Shown here: in pieces, positions 23,732 to 37,500 of the stretch
Numbering within the stretch: position 1 is the stretch's first letter
Layout: each line of letters begins with the position of its first letter
Assembly (NCBI GenBank): GCA_951406725.2
Contig: OX597833.1
Coordinates: forward strand, 70,184,001 to 70,248,000
Reading direction: 5' to 3'
DNA length: 64,000 nucleotides
Source: Octopus vulgaris
Lineage: Eukaryota
The notes under the pieces: generated by a model
Told to the model about the DNA's origin: nothing
The model's input: the letters and a program-made list of their open reading frames with translations, nothing else
Database searches by the model: none
Translations under genes and position numbers: made by a program

Positions 23732-24686
23732 TTAACCCTTTCGTTATTGTATTTCTGTTGAGATGCTCTGTGTTTCTTTCAATTACTTTAAATATAACAA
23801 AGAATTTAGTAAAATAACTAAGTTATCATTCAGCTAGTGTTAGGAACATAACTTGCGACTTAAGGTTTCGTGGAAGATTTTAATTCAAAACTTATGAAAA
23901 CAAGACATTTGTACTCAGAGCCAGAGGTGGTTTCAGCTGGGTTGGTATCAAAAGGGTTAAATTAATCATTTGTTAACCCTTTTGTTACCATATTTCTGTT
24001 GAGATGCTCTGTGTTTCTTTCAATTACTTTAAATATAAACAAAGAATTCAGTAAAATAACTTAGTTATCATTCAGCTAGTGTTAGGAACATAACTTGCGA
24101 CTTAAGGTTTCGTGGAAGATTTTAATTCAAAACTTATGAAAACAAGACATTTGTACTCAGAGCCAGAGGTGGTTTCAGCTGGGTTGGTATCAAAAGGGTT
24201 AAATTAATCATTTGTTAACCCTTTTGTTACCATATTTCTGTTGAGATGCTCTGTGTTTCTTTCAATTACTTTAAATATAAACAAAGAATTCAGTAAAATA
24301 ACTTAGTTATCATTCAGCTAGTGTTAGGAACATAACTTGCGACTTAAGGTTTCGTGGAAGATTTTAATTCAAAACTTATGAAAACAAGACATTTGTACTC
24401 AGAGCCAGAGGTGGTTTCAGCTGGGTTGGTATCAAAAGGTTTAAATTAATCATTTGTTAACCCTTTTGTTACCATATTTCTGTTGAGATGCTCTGTGTTT
24501 CTTTCAATTACTTTAAATATAAACAAAGAATTCAGTAAAATAACTTAGTTATCATTCAGCTAGTTTTAGGAACATAAATTATGACTAAGGTTTGGTGGAA
24601 GATTTTATTTCAGAACTTATGAAAACAAGACATTTGTACTATAGAGCCAGAGGCAGTTTCAGTCGGGTTGGTAATGAAAGAGTTAA
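23732..24686. mobile_element. Four tandem piggyBac-like MITE units (~242-bp period)
   Basis: Each unit is TTAA-CCCTTT...AAAGGG-TTAA (right end degenerate in units 3 and 4), separated by the spacer attaatcatttg; units start at 23732, 23973, 24215, 24457. Confidence 0.82.
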
Positions 24687-24919
24687 GTTATTTCAACAGG
24701 GTGGAGATAGTCATATAGATTGTTGATAGGGTGTTTCCACAGTTAGTCTTTCCCATGTGTATACATATGTGGTTATATAAGATAAATTTTTTCAAAGAAC
24801 TAATTTTGATATTAAGTGTTACTCGTTAATATGAAAACACAGAATAGTTAATTAATATTTTTAGAGAGATTGATTTCCCGCAGATATCTCGGTAATATGG
24901 TTGGTGTCTTGTATGAAAG

Positions 24920-24952
<33 letters not shown>

Positions 24953-25095
24953 GGATAGATGGACAGAGAGACAGACAGACAGACAGATAGATGGAAGTGC
25001 TGATGCTGAGCATTTATGTGGTTATGTTATACATTGAATAAAGAACATCTAACGGAGAACTAAATACAAAAGTTGGTATACTTATTTGAGCGACT

Positions 25096-25620
25096 GTGTG
25101 TATGTGTGTATATATGTATGTGTGTATATATGTATATATGTATGTGTGTATGTGTGTATATATGTATGTGTGTATGAGTGTATATATGTATGTATGCATA
25201 TATGTATGTGTGTATGTGTGTATATATGTATGTGTGTATATATGTATATATGTATGTGTGTATGTGTGTATATATGTATGTGTGCATATATGTATGTGTG
25301 TATGTGTGTATATATGTATGTGTGTATGTGTGTATATATGTATGTGTGTATGTGTGTATATATGTATGTGTGTATGTGTGTATATATGTATGTGTGTATA
25401 TATGTATGTGTGTATGTGTGTATATATGTATGTGTGTATGTGTGTATATATGTATGTGTGTATATATGTATATATGTATGTGTGTATGTGTGTATATATG
25501 TATGTGTGCATATATGTATGTGTGTATGTGTGTATATATGTATGTGTGTATGTGTGTATATATGTATGTGTGTATGTGTGTATATATGTATGTGTGTATG
25601 TGTGTATATATGTATGTGTG
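25096..25620. repeat. Complex TG/TA microsatellite with ~20-bp higher-order periodicity
   Basis: gtgtatatatgtatgtgtgtat-type units; source of spurious CVYV/HTYI ORFs. Confidence 0.9.
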
Positions 25621-25687
25621 CGCGTGTGAGTCAGTGCGTGTTCATTTACATAAATATTGTAGATGCCTACAGAAGTGTGTGCATATG

Positions 25688-25722
<35 letters not shown>

Positions 25723-25914
25723 ATTGTGAGTAAGCGTGTGTGTATGTATATACATTCGCGCATGTTTGCATACATGTAAAACATACAGCTCCAGCTGATG
25801 ATGGCCTTACCTCCAGTCGACTTTCGATCTCACCGCAAACAAGGAGAGTTCTCTTCCGAACAGTATAAAGATATTCGGCGTATCTACCACTTGATACAGT
25901 TGACACACTGCTGC

Positions 25915-26142
25915 AGCAACAACAACAACAACAGCAGCAGTTGTAGTGGTGGTAGTAGTAGTGGTGGTGGTGGTGGTGGTGGTGGTGGTGGTATCTTAGG
26001 TTTTAATGGTAATGGTAGTAGTAGTAGTAGTAGTAGTACTCGTGGGAGGGTAGCTTTGAAAGCGCTGTGTTCATTTCTTGTAGTATTTATGAGGTGGTGG
26101 TTCGACTTGAAGCAGTTTGACCTGCTTAGTAGTAGTAGCTGC

Positions 26143-26183
<41 letters not shown>

Positions 26184-26187
26184 CAGC

Positions 26188-26231
<44 letters not shown>

Positions 26232-26360
26232 CAGTAGTGATGGTGGTGGTGGTGGTGGTGGTGGTGGTGGTGGTAGTAGTTGTGTTGATGGTGGTGAAGG
26301 TGATGGTGGTGGTGGTGGTAGTAGTAGTAGTAGTAGTGGTGGTGGTGGTGGTGGTAGTAT

Positions 26361-26399
<39 letters not shown>

Positions 26400-26620
26400 C
26401 TGAAGTAGTAGTAGTAGTAGTAGTAATAGTGATGGTGGTGGTGGTGGTAGTAGTAGTAGTAGTAGCTGAAGTAGTAGTAGTAGTAGTAGTAGTAGTACTG
26501 GTGGTGGTGGTAGTGGTAATTGTAGTAGCTGCAGTAATAGTAGTAGTAGTAGTGCTGGTGGTGGTGGTAGTAGTAGCTGCAGTAATAGTAGTGGTAGTAG
26601 TAGTGCTGGTGGTGCTCGTT
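25915..26620. repeat. Compound trinucleotide tract (AAC/AGC/AGT/GGT)
   Basis: Direct reading; gives poly-S/G/V/Y ORFs. Confidence 0.92.
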
Positions 26621-26990
26621 ATTGTTGTTGCTCAATGACCTCGCCCTCCCCCCCCATCCCTACACTATATCTTGATCGATCAAACCTTTATGAGCCAACT
26701 GACCTAGGCTTAAGGAAACTACAAACAAATGCATTCCGAGAATAGCTCCGGTTCAACTGGTATATAAAAAACAAAACAAAACAAAACAAAAGACAAACCA
26801 CCAGCGTGGGATCACATGACGACAATGTATACCTTCTTTCGGTTCGGGTATCTTTGACCTGACGAGCGGCGAATGGACTACCGCTCGGTCGGACAATTAC
26901 TGCTTCCGAAGTTTTGTTTGCTATGAAACATGTGTAGCCTTGATTTTATTTAATCCTTTCCCTAATTTTGGATACACACACACACACACA

Positions 26991-27043
<53 letters not shown>

Positions 27044-27124
27044 CGAAACCGCGATCCTACAACCGCGAGTCCGCTGCCCTAACCACTGGGCCATTGCGCC
27101 TCCACACAAGGAAATATATACGCA

Positions 27125-27171
<47 letters not shown>

Positions 27172-29595
27172 CGTGAGAAATAATATATATACGCACATAC
27201 ACACATGCACATACACACATGCATATACACACACATATAAACCATAAGAATAGGAAAGTATGACTGCTGTAAAATTATTTTTGAGCTTATTTTGTTTGGG
27301 AGCGGGGTTGTTACCAGGTTTATGGCAAGAAACTTTGCTTTTTGCTTTTATTATTCATCTGTTATTATACGAATATTTTCTGTTGTGTTAAGAATAATTA
27401 ATTTATTAAAGAACCGATGTAATTACTGTAATATGTTACCAGGTCATGGCAAGAAACTTTGTTTTTCGCTTGCATTATTCATCTGTTATTATACGAATAC
27501 TTGTTGTTATTTCATTGTTAAGAATAAATTAATTATTGTGGAACCCATGTAATTATTATAATTAATTTTAGTGTATCAGTTTACTTATTACATCCTGACT
27601 GTTGGTAATTTTTTCAGGATTCAACGCAAATTTTAGTTTCAAACTTTTTCACCACAAACGGATCGTTGTGGTGAACTTTACCACTTTTTAATGCCATAGA
27701 TGATGGTCGGAAAATCTCCGCTTAATATGGAAGCATGGAAGAACTCCGTCGGTTACGACGACGAGGGTTCCGGTTGATCCGAATCAACGGAACAGCCTGC
27801 TCGTGAAATTAGCGTGCAAGTGGCTGAGCACTCCACAGACACGTGTACCCTTAACGTAGTTCTCGGGGATATTCAGCGTGACACAGAGAGTGACAAGGCC
27901 GGCCCTTTGAAATACAGGTACAACAGAAACAGGAAGTAAGAATGAGAGAAAGTTGTGGTGAAAGAGTACAGCAGGGATCACCACCATCCGCTGCCGGAGC
28001 CTCGTGGAGCTTTTAGGTGTTTTCGCTCAATAAACACTCACAACGCCCGGTCTGGGAATCGAAACCGCGATCCTATGACCGCGAGTCCGCCGCCCTAACC
28101 ACTGGGCCATTGCGCCTCCACACTCCGCCTATTAATCTAAGTGTAGACGTTGTAAAAAAAAAAAAAAGTTATGGATTCCACAGATCCAATGGTTGAAAAA
28201 GAAAGAAAATAAGCGATGAATTTATAAGTTCTTGTGCCCTTGTCGAGTCATTCCTAAACCTGATAGACAGCATCATGATGGATGCAGAAGGTGAAAACGA
28301 TGCCAAAGAAAGGAACAGCGAAGGTTCTACAGGTTTCACAATCCGCCAGAAGCTGCGTGGTCTAATGGCTAGGATATTGCACTCACGGTCGCAAAATTGT
28401 GGGTTCGATTCCCGGAGCGGGCGGTGCGCTGGGTTATTGAACAAAATACTTCACTGTTGATCCCGTTCACTCCTCAGAAAGAAATTGATAACCCTGGGAC
28501 GGAGTAGCCTTTCGATCAGGGGCAATGCTGGCCTTCTCGCTGGCCAACGGATTGGCATCACTCGAAAGCTAAAACGATGCAAAACGTATTGTTACCAGCG
28601 ATGTATAACATGTCATAATCAGCTACGTGTGTGTGTATGTGTATACACGTAATGCGAGTTTGTTTACAATGACTAACGTGGTATCATGCAGTATATTCTA
28701 GGCGTGTGGCCCAGCTGTTCATTTGCTTCTGTCCTCCAAATTCTCTCACAGTCAATATATTCAATGCTCTCTTTCTCTTGTTGAAGTATCGATAACTCAT
28801 AATATCGCATTTGTTCTCATTTCTATCTTCGATTTTGTTCATGTTTCTAGTGGGTTATGCTTTTATCAATATGTGATCTAAACTAGCCATAACCGATTCA
28901 GATATTTTAGCAGTTTTATGTTCAAACCGAACATGTACTTAATCAACAATGTTTTAAAAGTATACAACCGCATCATCGAAATCTTGAAATTATTATGAGA
29001 TGATGCAAGATTGATTCAAACCAACGTTATCAAATAAACATTACATGTGAGAGAATAATCTGAATAATAAGAGGATAGAATCCTCCGACAGGTAGCGCTG
29101 TTAGGTTTTAATAAGTTTTGAGCCAATAATAAGTTTTGAGTCAATAATAAGTTTTGAGTCAAAACCTTGGTTTCTCTAATTTCATATATTTCTTGATATC
29201 AATGTTATATGTGAGTGTCGAAGACCTTATTCGCAGATTATTCGCGATCACACTACCCTCTGGAATATTTTGATGATATGAGAGGTGACTGCGAACGGAC
29301 GGTAGTTCACTGCAAGGGTCTTGTTTCCTTTTTTGAAAACTGGGACCACAGACAGGGATAAAAGGATTTTAGGAATAAAGCCATCGTTCTGTGAGTTTCT
29401 AGACTATTCGCGATCTCCCCACCCGCTTAAATACTTTGATGATGTGAGAGGTGAATGAGATCACCTTTTCACACTTCAGGGGTACCTTAATTAGCATTTT
29501 CCCATTAGGCGCCAGTCTGGCTGTGTTAAATGACAGACAAGCAAGAAAGCAATCAGAGCGTTTCAGTCGTATATATATGCTGGTGTGTGTGTGTT

Positions 29596-29662
<67 letters not shown>

Positions 29663-31561
29663 ATATTATTTTCTACTCAAGGCACAAGGCTTGAAGTTTT
29701 CGGGGAGGGTGTCAGTCGATTAGATCGACCCCAGTATGCAACTGGTACTTAATTTATCGACCCTGAACGGATGAAAGGCAAAATCGACCTCGGCGGGATT
29801 TGAACCCAGAACGTAATGACAGGCGAAATACTGTTAAGCATTTCGCCCGGACTGCAGACGTTCTTTATTTCTTTACTACCCACAAGGGGCTAAACACAGA
29901 GGGGACAAACAAGGACAGACAAACGGATTAAGTCGATTATATCGACCCCAGTGCGTAACTGGTACTTAATTTATCGACCCCAAACGGATGAAAGGCAAAG
30001 TCGACCTCGGCGGAAGTTGAACCCAGAACGTAACGGCAGACTAAATACCTATTTCTTTACTGCCCACAAGGGGCTAAACACAGAGGGGACAAACAAGGAC
30101 AGACAAAGGGATTAAGTCGATTATATCGACCCCAGTGCGTAACTAGTACTTAATTTATCGACCCCGAACGGATGAAAGGCAAAGTCGACCTCGGCGGGAT
30201 TTGAACTCAGAACGTAAAGACAGACGAAATACTGTTAAGCATTTCGCCCGGGCTGCAGACGTTTCTGCCAGCTCGCCGCCTTGTGTGTGAATTTATATTA
30301 ATAAATCCATTTTTGTATGTGTGTTTTGCTTAGCCTTGACACGGAGTAGCAAAAGCATAGGTCACGTGTTCTTAGAAGAACATAAATAGGTTAGGAACGG
30401 AATGAGGTGGGTGTAATGTGAGAGGTGAATGAAAGAAAAGTGGAATACGCAGAGGTTGGGTGAGGGAGGGAGAGACAGAAAGAAGAGAGGGAGTAATGCG
30501 GAGAATGTATGCGTGCAACTGTGTGCATATATGTGTGTGTGTGTGTGTGGAGGCGCAATGGCCCTGTAGTTAGGGCAGCGGACTCGCGGTCGTAGGATCG
30601 CGGTTTCGATTCCCGGACCGGGCGTTGTGAGTGTTTATTGAGCGAAAACACCTAAAGCTCCACGAGGCTCCGGCAGGGGGTGGTGGTGGTGATCCCTGCT
30701 GTACTCTTTCGCCGCAACTTTCTCTCACTCTTTCTTCTGTTGGCCTGCTCACTTCAGCCAGCGAGGTGGCGTCATCTGAAGGCTAAAAAAAACAATACGA
30801 AGCGCATTGTGACCAGCGATAAATAGCAACATCTGATAGCCTGGTCGGTCACGGTGATCACGGTGATATATATATATATATATATATATACACGCACACA
30901 CGTGCAAACAAACACTCATAAACAGACACACACACACACACGAACACACACACACACACACACACGCACACATATATACTCGTATGTACATATACACGTA
31001 TACATGTATTCATTTATTTTTTTACTTGTTTCGGTCACTGTGACCTTGCGGCCAATTCAACCCCCAGGACTTGTTCTTTGTAAGCCTTGTACTTATTCTA
31101 TCAGTCTCTTTTGTTCAACGGCAAAGTTACGGTGACATAAATACACCAACATTGGTTGTCAATCGATTGTGGAGGGACAAACACAGACACACGCACACAT
31201 ATACATAACGATTTAAGAAATTTGAAAAGCTGAACGCGAAACCGGTTATTTCTTCTAAGTTATGTCATTGTATGAAAAAAATTTATAACATTCTTCAGAC
31301 ATATTGACTCAAATATATATTTTTTTAACCTTTTAAAACAAGCCTTCTGTAGTTTTTTCACTTTTTACTATTTTATATATATATATATAGATATATATAT
31401 ATACATATATATATAAAAATGAGGATGTGTGTCTGTTTGTCTGTCTGCCGGAGGCTCGTGGAGCTTTAGGTGTTTTCACTCAATAAACACTCACAATCGA
31501 AACCGCGATCCTACGACCGCGTGTCCGCTGCCCTAACCACTGTGCCATTGCGCCTCCTCAA

Positions 31562-31592
<31 letters not shown>

Positions 31593-31729
31593 CAACAATT
31601 GAGGGTAAAATTAATTAATTATTAATTAATTTCACCAAGTGTTCAGTATGCGAAGGGACCATTTAAGGCGAATTCAAATTATTACAATATATAAAAGGGC
31701 TTTACTAAGCCCTTTTATATATTGTAATA

Positions 31730-31764
<35 letters not shown>

Positions 31765-32092
31765 AGGAGGCGCAATGGCACAGTGGTTAGGGCAGCGGAC
31801 ACGCGGTCGTAGGATCGCGGTTTCGATTGTGAGTGTTTATTGAGTGAAAACACCTAAAGCTCCACGAGCCTCCGGCAGGGAGTGGTGGCGAACCCTGTTG
31901 TACTCTTTCGCCACAACTTTCTCTCACTCTTCTTCTGTTGGCCTGCTCACTTCAGCCAGCGAGGTGGCGTCATCTGAAGGCTAAAAAAAACAATGCGAAG
32001 CGCATTGTGACCAGCGATATGTAGCAACATCTGATAGCCTGGTCGGTCACGGTGATCATGGTGATAAATATATATATATTATAATAAGATAT

Positions 32093-32157
<65 letters not shown>

Positions 32158-32455
32158 GCACACGCGTTCACACAAAAACTCATAAACAGACACACACACA
32201 CACGAACACACACACACACACACACACGCACACATATATACTCGTATGTACATATACACGTATACATGTATTCATTTATTTTTTTACTTGTTTCGGTCAC
32301 TGTGACCTTGCGGCCAATTCAACCCCCAGGACTTGTTCTTTGTAAGCCTTGTACTTATTCTATCAGTCTCTTTTGTTCAACGGCAAAGTTACGGTGACAT
32401 AAACGCACCAACATTGGCTGTCAATCGATTGTGGAGGGACAAACACAGGCACACG

Positions 32456-32532
<77 letters not shown>

Positions 32533-32758
32533 ATATATAAAAAAGGAAATGAAGAAAATGCTGACAAATAATTGAAGTAATTTAAGTAATTTAATTAGGT
32601 GAAAGTTCTTTTTACCGGTTGCGCATTTGTTATGCTTATCAAAATATTTTGATAAGCATAACAAATGCGCAACCGGTAAAAAGAACTTTCACCTAATTAA
32701 ATTACTTAAATTACTTCAATTATTTGTCAGCATTTTCTTCATTTCCTTTTTTATATAT
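32533..32758. repeat. Perfect 226-bp spacerless palindrome embedded in (TA)n
   Basis: Centre aaaat|atttt at 32645/32646; a single-arm relative lies at ~62180-62335. Confidence 0.9.
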
Positions 32759-32788
32759 CACCACTCGTGTTCGACATCTCCTTTTTTT

Positions 32789-32848
<60 letters not shown>

Positions 32849-33032
32849 TATAAATATATATATATTTATATATATATATATTTATTTTATAGCTTCCTGA
32901 TGATTTCATTTGAATGAAACAGTTCTAGTCCTGTAGAAGCTCCTTCTATAAAATAAATTAATTTACTCTGCTATGTATTGAGTACTTTATTTACTGTGGT
33001 TAACCCCGACTCAACCCGGGACCTACATATTT

Positions 33033-33168
<136 letters not shown>

Positions 33169-33682
33169 AAATGAGGATGTATGTCTGTTTGTCTGTGTGA
33201 ATTCCTAAAACTTGAGAATTACACAACCAATTTCATTCAAATTTCACAAATGCTTTACTTAGGGTCCAGGGAATGTCATGGGCAAAAACTATTTTTAACT
33301 TCTTGCCTATTGCGGGCCCACAGCGATATCATATCTTCTCCACTATTTCAGTATTACGTGTCAAAAGTGAAACAAAGGTATCTCTATATTCTAATGTCAC
33401 GTGATTTCACTTTAATACTGAAACTATTAAAGTCAAACTATTATCTCACATATATACAGGCATACATACATAGCCACTCCTACTATCATTCTTCCTATGA
33501 CTTTAAACGATACTAAACCCAACCACACACACAGACACACACACAGACACACGTGTTATCATTACACGCACACACAGACATGCGCGCACGCACATATCCA
33601 CACATACACACACATACCTCCTTCTCTTGCACTCTTTGAAAGAACTTTTTCTTCACCCATTCCCTTCCGGTCATTCAAAATG

Positions 33683-33892
33683 TGACCGCGTGTGTATCGT
33701 TGGCGATTTTTTTTTCCTCCGTCTTCCCTTCCTTGGATCTTTCCTTTTCCTATGTTTCTGACGAAGAGCTCCGCTCGAAACGTTATATCCTCCTTTTTTC
33801 TTTCCTTTCCTGAGCGTCCAATAACACTATACTTGTTCCACGTCCTCGCGTTGTTACGTTTCCTCTTTGTGTTTTCATGTTTGGATTAACTT
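33683..33892 (+). mobile_element. Short TA-flanked element, family H-B, with minimal hammerhead motif (33754-33788)
   Basis: gttt-CTGACGA-a-gagc(tcc)gctc-GAAA-cg-TT; copies at ~35617-35766 (+) and 40246-40452 (-). Confidence 0.72.
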
Positions 33893-34926
33893 TATATATA
33901 TATACACACATACATACATAATATAATATATATATATTATATATATATATATGTATATATATGTGTGTGTGTGTATGTATACATCTGCACATGTATATAT
34001 ATATACATGTACATGTAATGTGTACACATATATACATGTATAAGTATATACACCCATACACACATACACACATACACACACATATATACATAGGTGCAGG
34101 TGTGGCTGTGTGGTAACAAACTTGGTTCCAAAACACATGGTTCTGAGTTCAGTCCCACCGTGTGGTAACTTGGCATGTGTCTTCTGCTATAGCATCAGAC
34201 TAACCAAAGCCTTGTCAGTGGATTTTGTAGACGGAAACTGAAAGAAATTAATCGTATATATATGTATGTATGTATATATGTAAGTCTATATGTGTGCCCT
34301 TGTCTCTGTGTTTCTCCTTCATCACTGCTTCACAACTGCTGTTCGTTTATTTACATCCCCATAAATTACTGCTTTCATAAGAAGAAACTGATAGAATAAG
34401 TACCAGGCTTATCAAAATAAAAAAAAGCACTAGGCAGTGTCTCATATTTTTGTTTGCCCACTCAGTTGTATCTATGAATTTATCTTTGTGTGTGTGTGTG
34501 TATGTTCATATCGCCGTGATAGATCGTTAACCACTACACACATTTTTTTCTCTCCTTGTTTTTTTCTGTGTCCCTTTCTGTAGAAGAGCGTAGGGTCGAA
34601 ACGTAAAAGACTTTTTCTATTCCTGAGCGTTATACTAATACATCTGTTTGTTTTGTACACCACCTGTCTTCGTCTTTTGATTTTGTTTTTTTGTTTTTGT
34701 AAACCTATATATATATATATATATACACGACGGGCTTCTTTCCGTTTCCGTGTACCAAATCCTCTCACGAGGCTTTCGTCGGCCCGGGCCTATAACAGAA
34801 AGCACTTGCTCAAGATGACACTCAGTGGGACCGAGCGCGGAACCATATGGTTGGGAAGCAAGCTACTTACCACACAGTACCTAGCAAGCTTCTTACTAGA
34901 CAGTCATGCCTGTACAGATATACAGG

Positions 34927-35280
<354 letters not shown>

Positions 35281-35447
35281 AGGGAGAGGAGGATAGCGAG
35301 TAAATGATATGTGGGGGCGGTGAGAGTTGGCATAATTAATATTGTTCAGCTATTACTAATGGACAGTCACAGTATTTAGGTTGAATACACATTGCAGGTG
35401 AGTTACATGAATATTGGAAGGTCTTTTTGAAATTTTGTGCAAACATA

Positions 35448-35509
<62 letters not shown>

Positions 35510-35765
35510 AATGATAAACTACTGCGTTTGTTTCGTTCGACTAAACGTTTTAAGGCGGTGCTCCAGCAAACCAATGACTGCTATATATATATATATATAT
35601 ATATATAGCAGTCCTCCTTTTCCTTCTCCTATGTTTCCGACGAAGAGCTCCGCTCGAAACGTTAAACCCTCCTTCTTCCCTTCTTTCCTGAGCGTCCAAT
35701 AATACTATATTTGTTCCACGTCCTCGCATTGTTGTGTTCTTTTGTGTTTTCTTGTTTGGATTAAC

Positions 35766-35864
<99 letters not shown>

Positions 35865-35884
35865 ATGTATGTATGTATGTATGT

Positions 35885-36360
35885 ATGGACAAAATAAGGG
35901 AAACACCCTAAGATTTCAAACAAATCTATTTTCATATGGGGTAGGACCACTTTTGGCAGTAATTAAAGCTTGAATTCTACGACGTATGGACTCGTACAAA
36001 GTTTGAATTGTTTCCAAAGGAATGTTTTGTCTATTCTTCAGCTAAAACAGTCTCCAGTTCTTGTGGGGATGATGGTGGAGGATATCGACTCTTTACTTGT
36101 TTTTCTAAAATGCACCATAAAAGTTCAATAATATTGAGATCTGGGGACTGTGGTGGCCAGATAAGATGTTTAACTTCATTAGAATGTTCCTCATGCTATT
36201 CAGTAACAACTTTAGCTGTGTGAATTGGTGCATTATCATTCTGAAAGATTGCATTTTCCTCCGGAAACAGTTCCGCCACCATAGGATGAATTTGATCAGA
36301 TAAGATGTTTAAATAGTCTTGACTGTTAACTCTGCCATGAAGAGAAACCATTGGGCCGGT
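35885..36360 (-). pseudogene. Tc1 (DD34E) transposase 3' relic
   Basis: IFQNDNAPIHTAKVV...WPPQSPDLNIIELLW, the diagnostic Tc1 motifs; in-frame stop. Confidence 0.85.
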
Positions 36361-36613
36361 GGTTTTCAGGTTCTGACTTGAAATTTCTTCGAGATTGAAT
36401 TCGCTTGTCATCTCTTTCAAGGTCCGTAAAGTGAGTACTAGCTCGAGAACTGAGATCGATGTAATCGAATTACCCCCACCCCAACCCCACCAAAATTGCT
36501 GGGTTTGAAATCAGTAGTAGATTGGTAGACAGACAGATAGATATATGGAATGCGGTAGGGGCGTGAGAGAATGTTTGTGAATGAAAAGACTAGAAAGTGG
36601 GGGAGAATGGAAT

Positions 36614-36679
<66 letters not shown>

Positions 36680-37464
36680 GGAAGTGAGAGTTAGCAGGCT
36701 TTATATTGTTGGCTTGTTGGTAGTGTGCAGTGATTTATATCCTGGTCGAAAACGGATGTCGGTAAGTTAATATACAGATAGTATATCATATATCTTGTTT
36801 TCAAGTTTGTGTACACACACACATATATATATATACACATACATAAGTATCTTTGCATATATGGATGTATATTTATAAATGTGTTATTCTAGTTTTACGA
36901 GAATCAGAGAGAAAATATTGAAATAAATATATGTAAAGTAAATATCTAAATAGCACAATGATAGAGAAAGGGAGAGAAGGCGATAGACAGATAGATATAT
37001 CTATATATATATGCGTATGTGTGTGCGGAAGCACATACTAAAAGACGGTTAGACAGTCAGGGAGACAGAAGTATGGTGACGGTGCTTTGAGATTTGTAGT
37101 GTTGAGGAAAAGAAGGAAAGCAGTGAAGTAGGGTTTTTTTATTTTTTGTGCTGTTTTGTTTTGTTTTTAATGCTTTTTCTGAGACTGTCACATCACAATT
37201 GAAAGAGGGAAAAAATATTACCCCAAACCACTGTTTCCATATATATGACTTCACGCAGGAGTGGCTGTGTGGTAAGTAGTTTGGTTTATCTCTTTTATGT
37301 TGAGTGACTGTGTGGTAAGTAGCTTGCTAACCAACCACATGGTTCCGGGTTCAGTCCCACTGCGTGGCATCTTGGGCAAGTGTCTTCTGCTATAGCCCCG
37401 GGCCGACCAATGCCTTGTGAGTGGATTTGGTAGACGGAAACTGATAGAAGCCTGTCGTATATAT

Positions 37465-37500
<36 letters not shown>

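Noticed and set aside
23732-24686. Regular repeat array as a possible CRISPR
   Set aside because: Eukaryotic context, 242-bp units with identical spacers, TTAA/TIR structure and no cas genes.
25014-26638. Long ORFs (256, 215, 201, 173 aa) rich in HTYI/CVYV/poly-S/G/V
   Set aside because: Translations of di- and trinucleotide microsatellites, open in several frames and on both strands; no domain or splice support.
26858-26892. CTGACGA followed by a GCGG/CCGC stem
   Set aside because: No GAAA after stem II, so the hammerhead core is incomplete.
27309-29455. Small local tandem/direct duplications (27309-27556, 29110-29162, 29236-29290 vs 29404-29455)
   Set aside because: Diverged, AT-rich and without coding or structural signal; ordinary slippage products.
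30548-30625. tRNA-like sequences (also at 4838, 38612 and other SINE heads)
   Set aside because: Each continues into SINE body and tail and lacks a clean acceptor stem; these are SINE heads, not tRNA genes.
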